DNA from: a virus | Lineage: Duplodnaviria > Caudoviricetes | Strand: one strand, 5' to 3' | DNA length: 62,290 bases | Virus record (IMG/VR): IMGVR_UViG_3300017963_000048 | Span: 1 to 62,290 of that record | Part shown: piece by piece, positions 8,445 through 18,678 of the stretch | Numbering within the stretch: position 1 is the first letter of the stretch | Layout: each line of letters starts with the position of its first letter | Made by a program: the position numbers and the translations under genes | The notes under the pieces: generated by a model | Told to the model about the DNA's origin: nothing | What the model saw: only the letters and a program-made list of their open reading frames with translations | Databases searched by the model: none

Positions 8445-11174
8445 CTAAACACCTGGGGGAATACTAGATAAATATAACTCGTTTCCATCCATTACAGTTT
8501 CAAACAGCAAACGATGATCACTAAAATCTTCGCCACTTGCGCCGGTGCTCATATAAGGCCAATTGCCTATGAAAAGTACCGTCACCATGTGCCGGTCAGT
8601 AGCTGGCAGCCAGAAACGTCTTTGACAGAAATAATCCATCTGTTCAACCACTACATCGCTGTTGTTGATTATGCGTGCCAGCAAATTCCTGGTCAAAGTT
8701 TTCACGCTGCCTATTTCGATGGTGTCAGTGAAGTCAGCACCAGTGCCTTTGTGCCTTTGTGTCAAATAAGCATCCAGATAGACTTCATCAGCTGGCATGA
8801 AAATGATGTCCACCAGTTTGATGGTGCCCGGCGTGTTGCACGTGCAACTGACTGTGACCCATGTCGGTGGCTGTGCTTCAGTACCCACCAGCAAGCCAGC
8901 ATCCAGCACTGGCAGCTGCATGGTGCCCAAATTATAGGTGAGCACACCATAAGGCGTGCCTGACTGCAAAATGTTGTCAAAGCCTATTACTTTGTTTTGA
9001 CTGGCATAAGAGCCATAGATGTCAAAGCCACCCGCAGCCACATCAGTTTTGACACGCACAAACACATTAAATCTGCCATTGTATTGACTGGCCACACTAC
9101 TAGATATATTGATGGCAGCTAAGCTGGCCTGCTGCGTGGCGATCATCGTTTTTTGCACCACTCTGCCGGTGGGTGCATCAGCATCAGCGCCAAAAGCACC
9201 ACCTAGCAAACCCACCGACAAATCAGCACCACCCACAAAAACATCACTGAAGTTTGCCGTAGCTTGAAAATCTGGCGCCTCACCAATGTTTTTGACACCT
9301 AAGATCATTCGGTAAGTTTTTGACGAAAAATAAGCAGTCAATTTTTCATACTTTGATTCAAAGCGCAGCTGCGTTTCTACACCAATATCACCACCGAGAT
9401 CATCAATCAGAAACCAGTTTTTGTTTTGGGCTTGCACATGGTCAATGGCCATCTTAGGCACTGACGGCATGGCCGCGACTGTGAGTGTCCAGCGCACCCA
9501 ATAAGCATTCACACCATTGATGGTGGTTTTGGTCAGTGTGTTGGCTTGATTCAGATAGAACAGATTCCTGCCCAACTCTGTGAATCCATTAGTATTGTCA
9601 GTCATTGTGGGTGCGATGTTTGTCCAGGCACCAGTATAAGCCTCATAATTCATGCCCCAACCTGGTGGGGCTGCTGTGGCCAAGTTAAACAAAAGCACGT
9701 CAATGGGCACATCTGTGTGGCCGATGTATAGTATGTCACCAGCACCACTGGGAAAGGTGAAAAGATCAATGCCGGTATTTTCCACTTGGTTGGTGCTGAA
9801 AGCAGCTGCTGAAGCATCGTATCTGAAAATGTGCGTCAAGTTTGGCAAATTGCCATTGCGCAAAGCAATTGCAGCACAGTCACGCACATCGCTGGGCAAT
9901 CCAATGGCTTCATTACAAATGGCCAAAATTTCGACATTGGTCATCGTCAAATCCCACCCCACCAGCAAGTCAGTTAAATTGGTGCCTTCACCAACTTCAT
10001 GCTGCCAAGCAGCCACCACAGCACCAGCAAATGGCCCATCTGGTGTGAAGCAGAGCGCCTCATAATCAATTGGTTCGGGGTCACTATAGAACCAATTGGT
10101 CTGCCACAAACGCTGCCATCCCATCTTTAAGCCTGCCGTTTCATCATAGCTGGCATAATTACCCACCACGAAATTGGCAGTGCTGCCCACTGGTGTGTAG
10201 CCTGAATTTTGATACCCATACAAGGGCACCAGATAACCATTCACAAACAGCCTACAAGCAGTCCAGCCAGAATTGGTGCTCAGTGCCATGTGGAACCAGT
10301 CACCCTTGATAGATGACGGCAGCTCCCAAAAGCTGATCTTTTCACCAGTGTTGCCGATAGCTGGACCGTCCTGATAAGCCCACAATGACACTAAAATTTG
10401 ACCACGAGAATCTTCCTCGATGATATATTTCCAACCTTCATAAACAGTGCCACTGTCCCACATGCCACAGATAGGTGCAGTCACGCTGCCAACAGCAGGT
10501 GTGGCCCAATCAATCTTATACCAACCATCCCAAGCAAACTGATCTTCATACTTGTCAAGCGTGGCATGATAGGCACGCTCTGCACGTGCATCAGTTTGAT
10601 CAAACACAAGTGCGTCACGCCTTTCATCACGGTCAACAGCTTCATGATAAAACTCTAAGCACTCATCTAATCCAGGGGGCTGCTTGCGCCATCCTGAGCG
10701 CTCGATCTGCACCAGGTATTCTTCAGATACCAAACCAAGTGGTGAATCTTGTTTGATGGTGTCACCATCAGCAGGTGTTTCAAAGTTATGAATGAGCGCA
10801 TATCTGGTGACACTTTCACCCAACTTTTTTCGAGCCATAAACACTGGCCTGATCTTACTTGGTGCCAGCCAAAATGAACGTGCACGCAGCAGCACGCGGC
10901 GCATTTCTCTGATCTGTGCAGCCAGGGAATCATCGTCTTTGGCACTGGCATTGATCTCAAATTCTTCGAGCACTGTTGACCAGCGAAAATCTACTAAGTG
11001 CCGATCATCAGCCAGCGGGGAATCTTGCCACACTCCACCATCTTTCATGGTTTGAATGGCACGCGGCCACGCCTCGAGAGAAAAATTTCCTAAGATGTCA
11101 AACGTGTTCTCACGCGTGCCATCTGAAATATAAAATACTTGCAAGCCATCTATGATAGGCACATAATCAGTCAT
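8445..11174 (-). CDS. Distal tail protein with inserted LamG-like carbohydrate-binding domains
   Basis: Follows tape measure; WFHMAL..RLFVNG..FVVG LamG pattern. Confidence 0.65.
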   Translation of the reverse strand: MTDYVPIIDGLQVFYISDGTRENTFDILGNFSLEAWPRAIQTMKDGGVWQDSPLADDRHLVDFRWSTVLEEFEINASAKDDDSLAAQIREMRRVLLRARSFWLAPSKIRPVFMARKKLGESVTRYALIHNFETPADGDTIKQDSPLGLVSEEYLVQIERSGWRKQPPGLDECLEFYHEAVDRDERRDALVFDQTDARAERAYHATLDKYEDQFAWDGWYKIDWATPAVGSVTAPICGMWDSGTVYEGWKYIIEEDSRGQILVSLWAYQDGPAIGNTGEKISFWELPSSIKGDWFHMALSTNSGWTACRLFVNGYLVPLYGYQNSGYTPVGSTANFVVGNYASYDETAGLKMGWQRLWQTNWFYSDPEPIDYEALCFTPDGPFAGAVVAAWQHEVGEGTNLTDLLVGWDLTMTNVEILAICNEAIGLPSDVRDCAAIALRNGNLPNLTHIFRYDASAAAFSTNQVENTGIDLFTFPSGAGDILYIGHTDVPIDVLLFNLATAAPPGWGMNYEAYTGAWTNIAPTMTDNTNGFTELGRNLFYLNQANTLTKTTINGVNAYWVRWTLTVAAMPSVPKMAIDHVQAQNKNWFLIDDLGGDIGVETQLRFESKYEKLTAYFSSKTYRMILGVKNIGEAPDFQATANFSDVFVGGADLSVGLLGGAFGADADAPTGRVVQKTMIATQQASLAAINISSSVASQYNGRFNVFVRVKTDVAAGGFDIYGSYASQNKVIGFDNILQSGTPYGVLTYNLGTMQLPVLDAGLLVGTEAQPPTWVTVSCTCNTPGTIKLVDIIFMPADEVYLDAYLTQRHKGTGADFTDTIEIGSVKTLTRNLLARIINNSDVVVEQMDYFCQRRFWLPATDRHMVTVLFIGNWPYMSTGASGEDFSDHRLLFETVMDGNELYLSSIPPGV

Positions 11175-11177
11175 TGG

Positions 11178-13877
11178 TTATCTCATCTCACTTCTAATGA
11201 CACGCCTGACCACACTTTCAACTTGCGCAGGGGTCATGCCAGCAAAGCTGTTTTGCATGCTAATGTTGGCAGTGCGGTTGCTGACATTGGTGGTGGTCAC
11301 TGGTGCCAAGCCATTTTGGGGCTGCAAACGATTCAAGCTTTGTGCTAATGCTGGCATGTTGCTCTTAGCAAGAATATTCATTTGGGCATTGATCTCTTTG
11401 ATACCTTCAGCCAAAGGCACTGGTGACTCTTTAGTATAGTCTGTTAGTTTGGGCATGTTTCTAATGCGGGTGGCAATAGTGCTCAACCAGCTTGCAAAAG
11501 TGCTCAATAAACCATTGATGGTTTTGATTCCTTCTTGTAGTCCAGCAAGAACACCATCACGCAGCCATTCAATTGCTGGTGACAAGTCTAGATCAATTTT
11601 CTCCCAAACATCATTCAGCCAGCCCCAAACTTCCTCAGCTGCTAAGCTCCAATTATTGAAATAAGCGATCAAGTTTTCGCTGACATAATCACCCAAAGCT
11701 GTGGCCACTTCAATCAACCCTTCCACCGCTGGTGTGACATAAGTATTTAACCAGTCAGTGAAGCCTTCCCACATGGGCACAATTTTTTCGTCATACCACT
11801 GTTTCGCAGTGTCAACTAAAGTTGTCCACGCTTCACTGATTTTTGCAAAGCTTTCACCCGTAGTTGTATCCCACTTGGTCACAATGCTATCCCAAAGCGT
11901 TGAAAGCTTTTCCACGATAGCAGCTTTCATGGCTGCCACCTTTTCAGTCATCATGGTGGTTATGCCATCCATGCCTGTGCTGAGCGCATCACCCAAGCCA
12001 CCTAACGGCCCACCACCAGCACCAGCACCACCACCACCACCAGCAGCACCAGCCGCGGCCGTGGGCGCATCACCCATCAATTCACGATACAGTTGCAACA
12101 TTTGGTTGACCGCATTTTCTTGACTGGTCAATGAATCTTCCGCAGCTTGCTGCTGCTCTTTGGCCAGTTGCAAAGCATCTTCAGCTGCTGCTGTTTCGGC
12201 AATCGCGGCTTGCTCAGCTGCACCTGATGCCGTTACCATTGCAAGTTTATCATTCAGCTCTTGCTTGGTGCCACCTTCCCGCAACAGTTTGTTATATTCG
12301 GAAACTTGCTTCAGAGTTTCATCTGTGGCTGCATTTTCACTTTGACGTGCAGCAGCTAAGCGCTGCTCTGCTGAAGTCACGGCATCTGTTGCTGTAGCAA
12401 CGGCAAGCTGACCTTCAGCCAGCTTGACCAGTTCAGGCCCAAATTCACCAGCTGATTTTCCTAAGCTTTCAAAAGCACTGGTCAAGTCACCACTGTCAAT
12501 GCCAGCAGCAATTTGTTTGCTAATGTTTGCAAATATGCCACCAGCAGCACCTTCACCAATGCCACCAGTTTGCTCGAGGAACCCCAAAGCTTGCTTAAGT
12601 GGTGATTGTAAATCTTTCAGCATGCCAAACTCAGCATCAGTCATGCCTTTCACATATTCATTCATCGCACCCATGCCCCACTTGTCAATATCGGGGGCCA
12701 CTTTAGGTGGTGATCCTGGTGCCATCCAGCCAGTCAGCATGCTGGTCAAAGCATTCATAGCCCACACCAGCACGCTGCTGATCGCGTCCATGATGCCACC
12801 CGCAAACTGCTCGATTAAGTTGAACCCCCATTCAAAAGCACTGTCAAGCGTGCCACTGAAAGCACCATCCACAGTGGTCACTAATGACTGCATGACATCA
12901 CCCACCAAGCCAATGGCAGCAGCCACTCCATCAGCCATGAAGCTGGCTGCGGTGCCAATCTTCACAAAAATGTTTTGGACCTCACCACCTTGCAAAGCAC
13001 TGTCAGCAAACTTTTGCAGCAAGTCAGCCCAAGCACCTTGCACTGTGGCCAGTGCAGGCTGAAGTGCAGTGCCTAGAGTATTTTTCAAATTGGCACTTTG
13101 GGCATCTACCCTGGCCATCTGCTCGGCAGCAGTCAGCTGGTCACTGCCGTAATCTTTCATCAGCTGCTGACTGGCTTCAACCGTAGCATTCAGCACTGCA
13201 ATCTGCTCTTGTTCGCTGCTCAGTTGGTCTACAGTGATACCTAATTCAGTGGCCAGCTTATCTTTAGCAGCAGCCATGTCAAGCACTAATCCAGTATTGT
13301 CAATCAGCAGAGGCGAGCTGCGTTTGATGCCTGTCACCAGTGACTGGAACATGAAGTCAAACTCTTGGCCAGTGTTACGTGCTGCAACTCTGGCACCACC
13401 AATCAAAGCAGGAAGCGCATTGCCAAACTCTTGGCCGAAGGTTTGGGTGGCACCAGTCAGAGCCACATTTGCCTTTTGCATCAATTCCCAATCATTCAGC
13501 ATGCCACCAGACGCAGCGCGCATCTTGTCAATACTGACACCATATTTGCCCGCGTTAGCTTCAAACCCCAAACCAATGCCGTAGAGTGGAGCAGTTTCTT
13601 TGGCAATGTTGTTAAGCGTTGAAATGACTTTGATGCCCCCGGCTACAATCGCAGCAAAACCAGCCACCACAGCCACTGTAGCCGCGGCAGCCACTGCAAA
13701 GCCACTGCTGAGTGATCCACTCGCGATTTTTCCAATGCCACTAAAAGAGCTTTGCGCTTTTTTTCCAATGCCCATCGTTTCAGCCATTTTTGCAGCCCAC
13801 TTAGCTTGGCCAGGTAGAAATCTTTGGTTCTGCCAAATCGCGGCCACACCAACTTCGTTAGGTTTTTGGCTTGTCAT
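11178..13877 (-). CDS. Tape measure protein
   Basis: ~900 aa, Ala/Gly-rich helical, SPLLIDNTG motif, Trp-periodic C-terminal repeats. Confidence 0.9.
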   Translation of the reverse strand: MTSQKPNEVGVAAIWQNQRFLPGQAKWAAKMAETMGIGKKAQSSFSGIGKIASGSLSSGFAVAAAATVAVVAGFAAIVAGGIKVISTLNNIAKETAPLYGIGLGFEANAGKYGVSIDKMRAASGGMLNDWELMQKANVALTGATQTFGQEFGNALPALIGGARVAARNTGQEFDFMFQSLVTGIKRSSPLLIDNTGLVLDMAAAKDKLATELGITVDQLSSEQEQIAVLNATVEASQQLMKDYGSDQLTAAEQMARVDAQSANLKNTLGTALQPALATVQGAWADLLQKFADSALQGGEVQNIFVKIGTAASFMADGVAAAIGLVGDVMQSLVTTVDGAFSGTLDSAFEWGFNLIEQFAGGIMDAISSVLVWAMNALTSMLTGWMAPGSPPKVAPDIDKWGMGAMNEYVKGMTDAEFGMLKDLQSPLKQALGFLEQTGGIGEGAAGGIFANISKQIAAGIDSGDLTSAFESLGKSAGEFGPELVKLAEGQLAVATATDAVTSAEQRLAAARQSENAATDETLKQVSEYNKLLREGGTKQELNDKLAMVTASGAAEQAAIAETAAAEDALQLAKEQQQAAEDSLTSQENAVNQMLQLYRELMGDAPTAAAGAAGGGGGAGAGGGPLGGLGDALSTGMDGITTMMTEKVAAMKAAIVEKLSTLWDSIVTKWDTTTGESFAKISEAWTTLVDTAKQWYDEKIVPMWEGFTDWLNTYVTPAVEGLIEVATALGDYVSENLIAYFNNWSLAAEEVWGWLNDVWEKIDLDLSPAIEWLRDGVLAGLQEGIKTINGLLSTFASWLSTIATRIRNMPKLTDYTKESPVPLAEGIKEINAQMNILAKSNMPALAQSLNRLQPQNGLAPVTTTNVSNRTANISMQNSFAGMTPAQVESVVRRVIRSEMR

Positions 13878-14166
13878 TTTCAACCTCGATTATAAACATC
13901 TCAACTGCTTCCATCATCCGAATGGTGTCAGCATAAGCAATGACTATCGCAATATCATCAGCTGGATCACAGATACCAAAATCACTGGGCATAAAGCCAT
14001 GCTTCAGCGCGATATCAACCAGCGTGAAGCTTTCATTGTGCTGCCACTTGCCCGGCTTTTTCGTTTTGTTGACTGCTTCCAGATACACTTGTTTCAGGGG
14101 CACTGTCACTGCTGGCTTGCGCTGCTGCGTTTGTTTGTCTCTGCTCCATTTCTTGATATATTGCAC
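13858..14166 (-). CDS. Second tail-assembly-chaperone segment (start uncertain)
   Basis: Short ORF between chaperone and tape measure; overlaps chaperone in another frame. Confidence 0.45.
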   Translation of the reverse strand: MQYIKKWSRDKQTQQRKPAVTVPLKQVYLEAVNKTKKPGKWQHNESFTLVDIALKHGFMPSDFGICDPADDIAIVIAYADTIRMMEAVEMFIIEVENDKPKT

Positions 14167-14986
14167 CGAGAAACATTTCGCCTGAAGCAGCGATCACCTC
14201 CCGGCTGACTGAGCCCTCACCTGAGATATACATCACTTCAGTTTGCAGGCGCACCAGTTCTGACGGTAACACGCACACCACAGTGGCAAGCCAGTAAAAC
14301 CACAGATCAAAGCGCTGCGTGCGTGTCAAGCTGCCCACACGCTTTGTGACCTGTTTTAAATTCAAGTCAGCCTCATCAGGATGATCTTCAAACCAAGTTT
14401 CAAAGCCAGGGATATCCTCAATGCCAATGTACAAACGTTCTAACAGCCATTCATGATCTGCCGGTAAGTCATCAGTGACACCACGCAGCAGCACTTTGGT
14501 GGTTTCTCGATTGATCTCACCATTCATTTCATCAGTGTCAGTTAAATGCTGCTCCCACTGCTCCACCACGCGCTGCACTTCAGCACGAATGGTCTTACTC
14601 GTGAAAGATTTGTCAGCTAATTGCTTTTTAAAAGTCACCACCATTTTGGAAGTCACCATTGATTCCTGCACACCACCACCAGCCAACGGCATTTTGATCA
14701 CGGGCGGGTCAATGGCTTTGCCTTGCCTGACGTGCTTGCTTCTAATGGCATTTGACACGCGCCCAATGTCTAGCATGGTGATGGCACGCAATGTCAAAGT
14801 GATACCGCTGACAGTTTTGAAGGGGTGCGCTTTGGGATCGTAATCTAATTTAAATAATGGAGCAACTTCTTCAGCAGCTTCAGCTTGGCCATTGCCATCT
14901 GGTGCTTCAACAGCTTCATCTGGTGCTTCAGCAACAGCTGTTTTTTTGTTGCGTGATCTTTTTCTTTTAGGTGTTTCAGTAGTCAT
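14033..14986 (-). CDS. Putative tail assembly chaperone
   Basis: Synteny between tail tube and tape measure; GGAG RBS. Confidence 0.6.
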   Translation of the reverse strand: MTTETPKRKRSRNKKTAVAEAPDEAVEAPDGNGQAEAAEEVAPLFKLDYDPKAHPFKTVSGITLTLRAITMLDIGRVSNAIRSKHVRQGKAIDPPVIKMPLAGGGVQESMVTSKMVVTFKKQLADKSFTSKTIRAEVQRVVEQWEQHLTDTDEMNGEINRETTKVLLRGVTDDLPADHEWLLERLYIGIEDIPGFETWFEDHPDEADLNLKQVTKRVGSLTRTQRFDLWFYWLATVVCVLPSELVRLQTEVMYISGEGSVSREVIAASGEMFLGAIYQEMEQRQTNAAAQASSDSAPETSVSGSSQQNEKAGQVAAQ

Positions 14987-15133
14987 GATTTTCTGCTCCC
15001 TGTAGAGATAATCTTGTGATTGTAATTTTATAAAAACGGGACGGCTGCACAGCACTTTCAAATGCTATGCAGCCGCGGGGCGTGTGGTGGAACTGCCAGG
15101 GAGCAGTCGCCCCGAAACTGCTCCACTCAGCTG

Positions 15134-16609
15134 CTAGGTATAATGCGGAATGATCGCATTCAGTTCATTATTTCCTGAAGTGAAAAAACCGCCTTTTGTC
15201 CAACTGCCAAGCAGCACATAGCTTGTAGGTCCAGCAGTCAAGCCAGCTGGTATCTGAAATTCTAGCCACTCGTCACCACCGTCAATGGTCTGGTACATCT
15301 TGTCTGCATCTGTCAAAATGACACCTTCGAAACTGTTTATGAAAGATGAGGCATAAACGGTATCGGTGGTGCTGCCACTGAAGAAGCGCTCTTGATAAGT
15401 TTCACCACCGTCATAGGTCATTTGCACTGAGGAGCCAGCACCATTGTCACCAAATAGCATGAAGATATATTGACTGAAAATGGCAGCATCATAAAGCACA
15501 CCAAAAGCGGGAAGTGTTGCAGTAATATCAATCCAGTTTTCACCATCACTGGTGATGGCTGCTGAGGCTGCATCTGTGACAATAATGCCATGATATTCGT
15601 TAGGAGAACCAGCAAAGCGCACAGCTTGAATGACATTGCCTGCCACCGCAGCGGGTGTGGCTTGCTGTGTCCACGTAACACCACCATTGCTGCTGAAGTA
15701 GACAATACCCTGATCAGTGCCAACCCAAATGTGGCGACTGTCACCGACAAACACGCAGCGCTGATTTTCCAAATATTCGCCATTGGTGCTGCCAATGTCA
15801 ATGATGGCCCATGTGGCACCATTGTCGTCACTAATGGCAACTTGCAATGGATTGCCAGCTTGCGTGTCAGCAAACGCTAACACTCGATCAACACCACTGC
15901 TGATCTCAAACATGGCCAGCGCTTGGATGTCAATATTGATGCCAAAAGGACTGGTCACAGCTGTCCAGGTAACACCGTAATCGGTACTACGCTTCACAAT
16001 GGCAGCAGCAGCAGCGATTAAAGTTTCAGCAGCAAACCAAGTATGATAACGCTCGCGGGGTGGAGCACCTGCACACGCACCGGATTCACGATTCATGCAC
16101 AATGCTTGAATGGGGCGCACATAGGCTGGATCACGCTCCACACCACGCAAGTGTAAGAAGTCATAACGCGGGGGTGGCCCACTTAAGCTGTATTCGTGCA
16201 TGATGTCACCATCTTCAGCATGCGCTGCAAAAGCAGTGAAAGGATCATCATCTTTTTGAATCTCCTCATAGGCCGCGGCGCGTGACCAGTTGCCAAATAC
16301 TTCTGGCGTGCTGCACTCAGCGATGACACCATAAAATCTGAAAGTGTCCCAATCTAACGTGTGCAAGAAACTGGCTTGCGTTTCCAGCAAGTGAGATAGG
16401 GTAAATTCCACATCACCTGGCGTGGTTTTGCGCCTGCCACGTGCTTGAAAACCTTTTCGACCTGGTGCCCAGCAGAATATAGTTTCACCACCTTGCCGGG
16501 GGTTTGGTAAGCTGTCAAGATCAATGCAATTACCTAAGAAATGCTTTTCCATTCCAGGCAGCCATTGCACATAAACACCAGCATCACCTTGTGTTAAAGT
16601 TTCAGTCAT
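15134..16609 (-). CDS. Putative major tail tube protein fused to BNR/Asp-box beta-propeller
   Basis: Synteny; STDYGVTW, SDDNGATW, SSNGGVTW, TYDGGETY, TIDGGDEW repeats. Confidence 0.65.
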   Translation of the reverse strand: MTETLTQGDAGVYVQWLPGMEKHFLGNCIDLDSLPNPRQGGETIFCWAPGRKGFQARGRRKTTPGDVEFTLSHLLETQASFLHTLDWDTFRFYGVIAECSTPEVFGNWSRAAAYEEIQKDDDPFTAFAAHAEDGDIMHEYSLSGPPPRYDFLHLRGVERDPAYVRPIQALCMNRESGACAGAPPRERYHTWFAAETLIAAAAAIVKRSTDYGVTWTAVTSPFGINIDIQALAMFEISSGVDRVLAFADTQAGNPLQVAISDDNGATWAIIDIGSTNGEYLENQRCVFVGDSRHIWVGTDQGIVYFSSNGGVTWTQQATPAAVAGNVIQAVRFAGSPNEYHGIIVTDAASAAITSDGENWIDITATLPAFGVLYDAAIFSQYIFMLFGDNGAGSSVQMTYDGGETYQERFFSGSTTDTVYASSFINSFEGVILTDADKMYQTIDGGDEWLEFQIPAGLTAGPTSYVLLGSWTKGGFFTSGNNELNAIIPHYT

Positions 16610-17018
16610 TTGAAGCCTCCTCAATATGAGATTTTAATTTGCCAATGATTAAACGGCCAAGATTGATCAATGTAGGATTAAGCGCGTTGGGGTTGTCAAA
16701 GTCAGCTGACTCCCAGATCCCATATTGGTGACAGACTTGCTCAATCTCGGACGCATTCAACGTGATTGATTGTAGATCAGCAAACGGAATGCCGTAAGCT
16801 GGTGACTCGTCAAGTTCGCTTTGCTTGATCAGCGCTTGTGCAGTAGGGATTGATCGATTCACAATGCAGCGCTGCACTTGACCATTTTGGTCAACATATT
16901 GCACTAATGACATATTGCCTTCTCGGCGCAAAACTTTGACTTTGAAACTGGCCTCAGCTTTGGTGGTGCGCTTCTTGGGGGGTGTTGCTTCAATTTCTTT
17001 TTCAGTTTGATCAGACAT
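16602..17018 (-). CDS. Hypothetical virion/assembly protein
   Basis: Coupled ORF in head-tail region. Confidence 0.6.
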   Translation of the reverse strand: MSDQTEKEIEATPPKKRTTKAEASFKVKVLRREGNMSLVQYVDQNGQVQRCIVNRSIPTAQALIKQSELDESPAYGIPFADLQSITLNASEIEQVCHQYGIWESADFDNPNALNPTLINLGRLIIGKLKSHIEEASND

Positions 17019-17538
17019 TATATTTTTGTCTCCTGATAGCTTTTTTGAGGGCTGCATTATAGTATTCGGTCAACTTGGCCAGTCCTCGATTCAATAAGTT
17101 TTCACGCCAATTTCGGGCCTTTATGCCCGGGTGCTGCACTTTTTTGGTGCGCACCCAATTTCCGGTGCCCCGCTTAGCAGCATGACTGATCAAAACTCCT
17201 GGCCTGCTGCCAGCTTTGCCACCGGCCCGAAATGCCAAGTATGGTGCATTTTTTGGCATGATCGGATAAGACTTGGTGCCATCACTAATCCAGTGCCAAA
17301 TTTGCAGTGACTTGCGCGGCCCTGACATTTTCAGCTTGGCCACTGCCAATGCTTCAGCAGTGGGCTTGACCGTCACCTGAAAGCGTGGCCTGCGGACTGT
17401 AGTCCAGCCACGTGTGGTGCGATTAGCTGAGCGCGGCCAATAACTTTTCATCTTAGCACGTGTTTCACGCACAGCTTCAGCATTTGCCTTTTGCCAGTTG
17501 AATTTTTTAGGTAAGGTCACTTCTAATGTGGTTGGCAT
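17011..17538 (-). CDS. Neck/tail-completion protein (HK97 gp10-like)
   Basis: Basic; GTKSYPIMPKNAPYLAF...KKVQHPG..A motif. Confidence 0.7.
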   Translation of the reverse strand: MPTTLEVTLPKKFNWQKANAEAVRETRAKMKSYWPRSANRTTRGWTTVRRPRFQVTVKPTAEALAVAKLKMSGPRKSLQIWHWISDGTKSYPIMPKNAPYLAFRAGGKAGSRPGVLISHAAKRGTGNWVRTKKVQHPGIKARNWRENLLNRGLAKLTEYYNAALKKAIRRQKYNV

Positions 17539-17556
17539 AATATTGTGATGTTAAAT

Positions 17557-18579
17557 TTATATCGAAGCGCTGCGATATAAAACCATGTCACTGATGGCAT
17601 TCCACACAAACCAAGCACCATCAGACAAACCAAAGGGACACGCTTCACGCTCCGGTGTGTAGTTGGTGGGCGTGTTGCGATCACGTTCCCATAAAGCTTT
17701 GATGCCTCGACAACCACAAATAGGATTAGGCATCAAAGTGTGCGCCAAACGTATAATCAGATCAGCTGTGGCACTGTCAAGCACTTGCAAGCCAGCCTGA
17801 TAATTGACACTCAATTTGTCACCAGGAGGGCAGCTGCATATGGGAATGACATCAATGGTGCCTAAATAGCTGTTACGGATATAAACACAGGCGCGGCTGC
17901 TAGATTCAATACAGCTGCAATCATGGCCAAGCAATGTGGCTTGCGTGGTGGTGTCACAGCTTTCTAGTCTGACATCTAATTCGTCAGCAAAGTTGTTGAG
18001 ATCAGTATAATCTAATCCACTGATGCCATTATTCCAAAAAGCTGGCTTGACCAAACGGCAGCGGGGAATGCTGAAAACATAAGTATCGTTTACTCCACCT
18101 GCGTTAAACACCACGCTGCTGGCTTGTACCTCATAATCACTATTAGGATGAAAAATGTGCATGTCATTTTCAGCACCAGCTGCATAGGTGCCAGCTGGAA
18201 CACTGATGGTGATGGTGGCCGGATCAGCTGCATGATTGACTGGTGTTGCTGTAGCAACACCAGCCCAAGCTTGCTGACCAATGCACGTGACCATGCCCCA
18301 TTTCAAATTTAAGCGTGGCCGGTAGATAGATTCTTCAGCCACAAACCATTTGGGGCTGAGTGGATAATTTAATTGTCGTTCAATCTTTAGTTGGGCATCA
18401 TCCAGATAAGCGCTCAAAGCATTGCGCTGCGCTTGCGTCCAAATGTCAGGACAGGCAGCATCTTCACCAGCTTTGGCCACACCAAAAAACGCGCATTCAG
18501 GAATACCATTGATTAGCGCATAGAGCGAGATCGGAATACCAGCGTGAGGCGTGATGTCAAGTGCACTTGGTACAATCAT
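17557..18579 (-). CDS. Head-tail adaptor-like protein, Cys-rich
   Basis: A...IE..L.YPL.P, V.YQAG pattern; position upstream of neck gene. Confidence 0.6.
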   Translation of the reverse strand: MIVPSALDITPHAGIPISLYALINGIPECAFFGVAKAGEDAACPDIWTQAQRNALSAYLDDAQLKIERQLNYPLSPKWFVAEESIYRPRLNLKWGMVTCIGQQAWAGVATATPVNHAADPATITISVPAGTYAAGAENDMHIFHPNSDYEVQASSVVFNAGGVNDTYVFSIPRCRLVKPAFWNNGISGLDYTDLNNFADELDVRLESCDTTTQATLLGHDCSCIESSSRACVYIRNSYLGTIDVIPICSCPPGDKLSVNYQAGLQVLDSATADLIIRLAHTLMPNPICGCRGIKALWERDRNTPTNYTPEREACPFGLSDGAWFVWNAISDMVLYRSASI

Positions 18580-18678
18580 CGTTTTCCTTTTTCCTGCGTT
18601 TTCAAGCGTTGCTCTAAGTCAATATATGTGAAGTGGCTGCAAAATGCGGGAAACCTGCGGTTTTGTGCTTCACAGCCA

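Noticed and set aside
14033-14075. Canonical -1 tail-chaperone frameshift
   Set aside because: The downstream ORF is in the +1 frame at the GAAAAAG run and the -1 frame closes quickly; left unresolved
11197-14208. Long antisense ORFs on the plus strand
   Set aside because: Shadows of the tape measure gene, favoured by low TA content and hence few antisense stops; no RBS or motifs
15041-15075. Group II intron domain V
   Set aside because: Superficial GAAA-containing stem only; no AC bulge, domain VI or maturase
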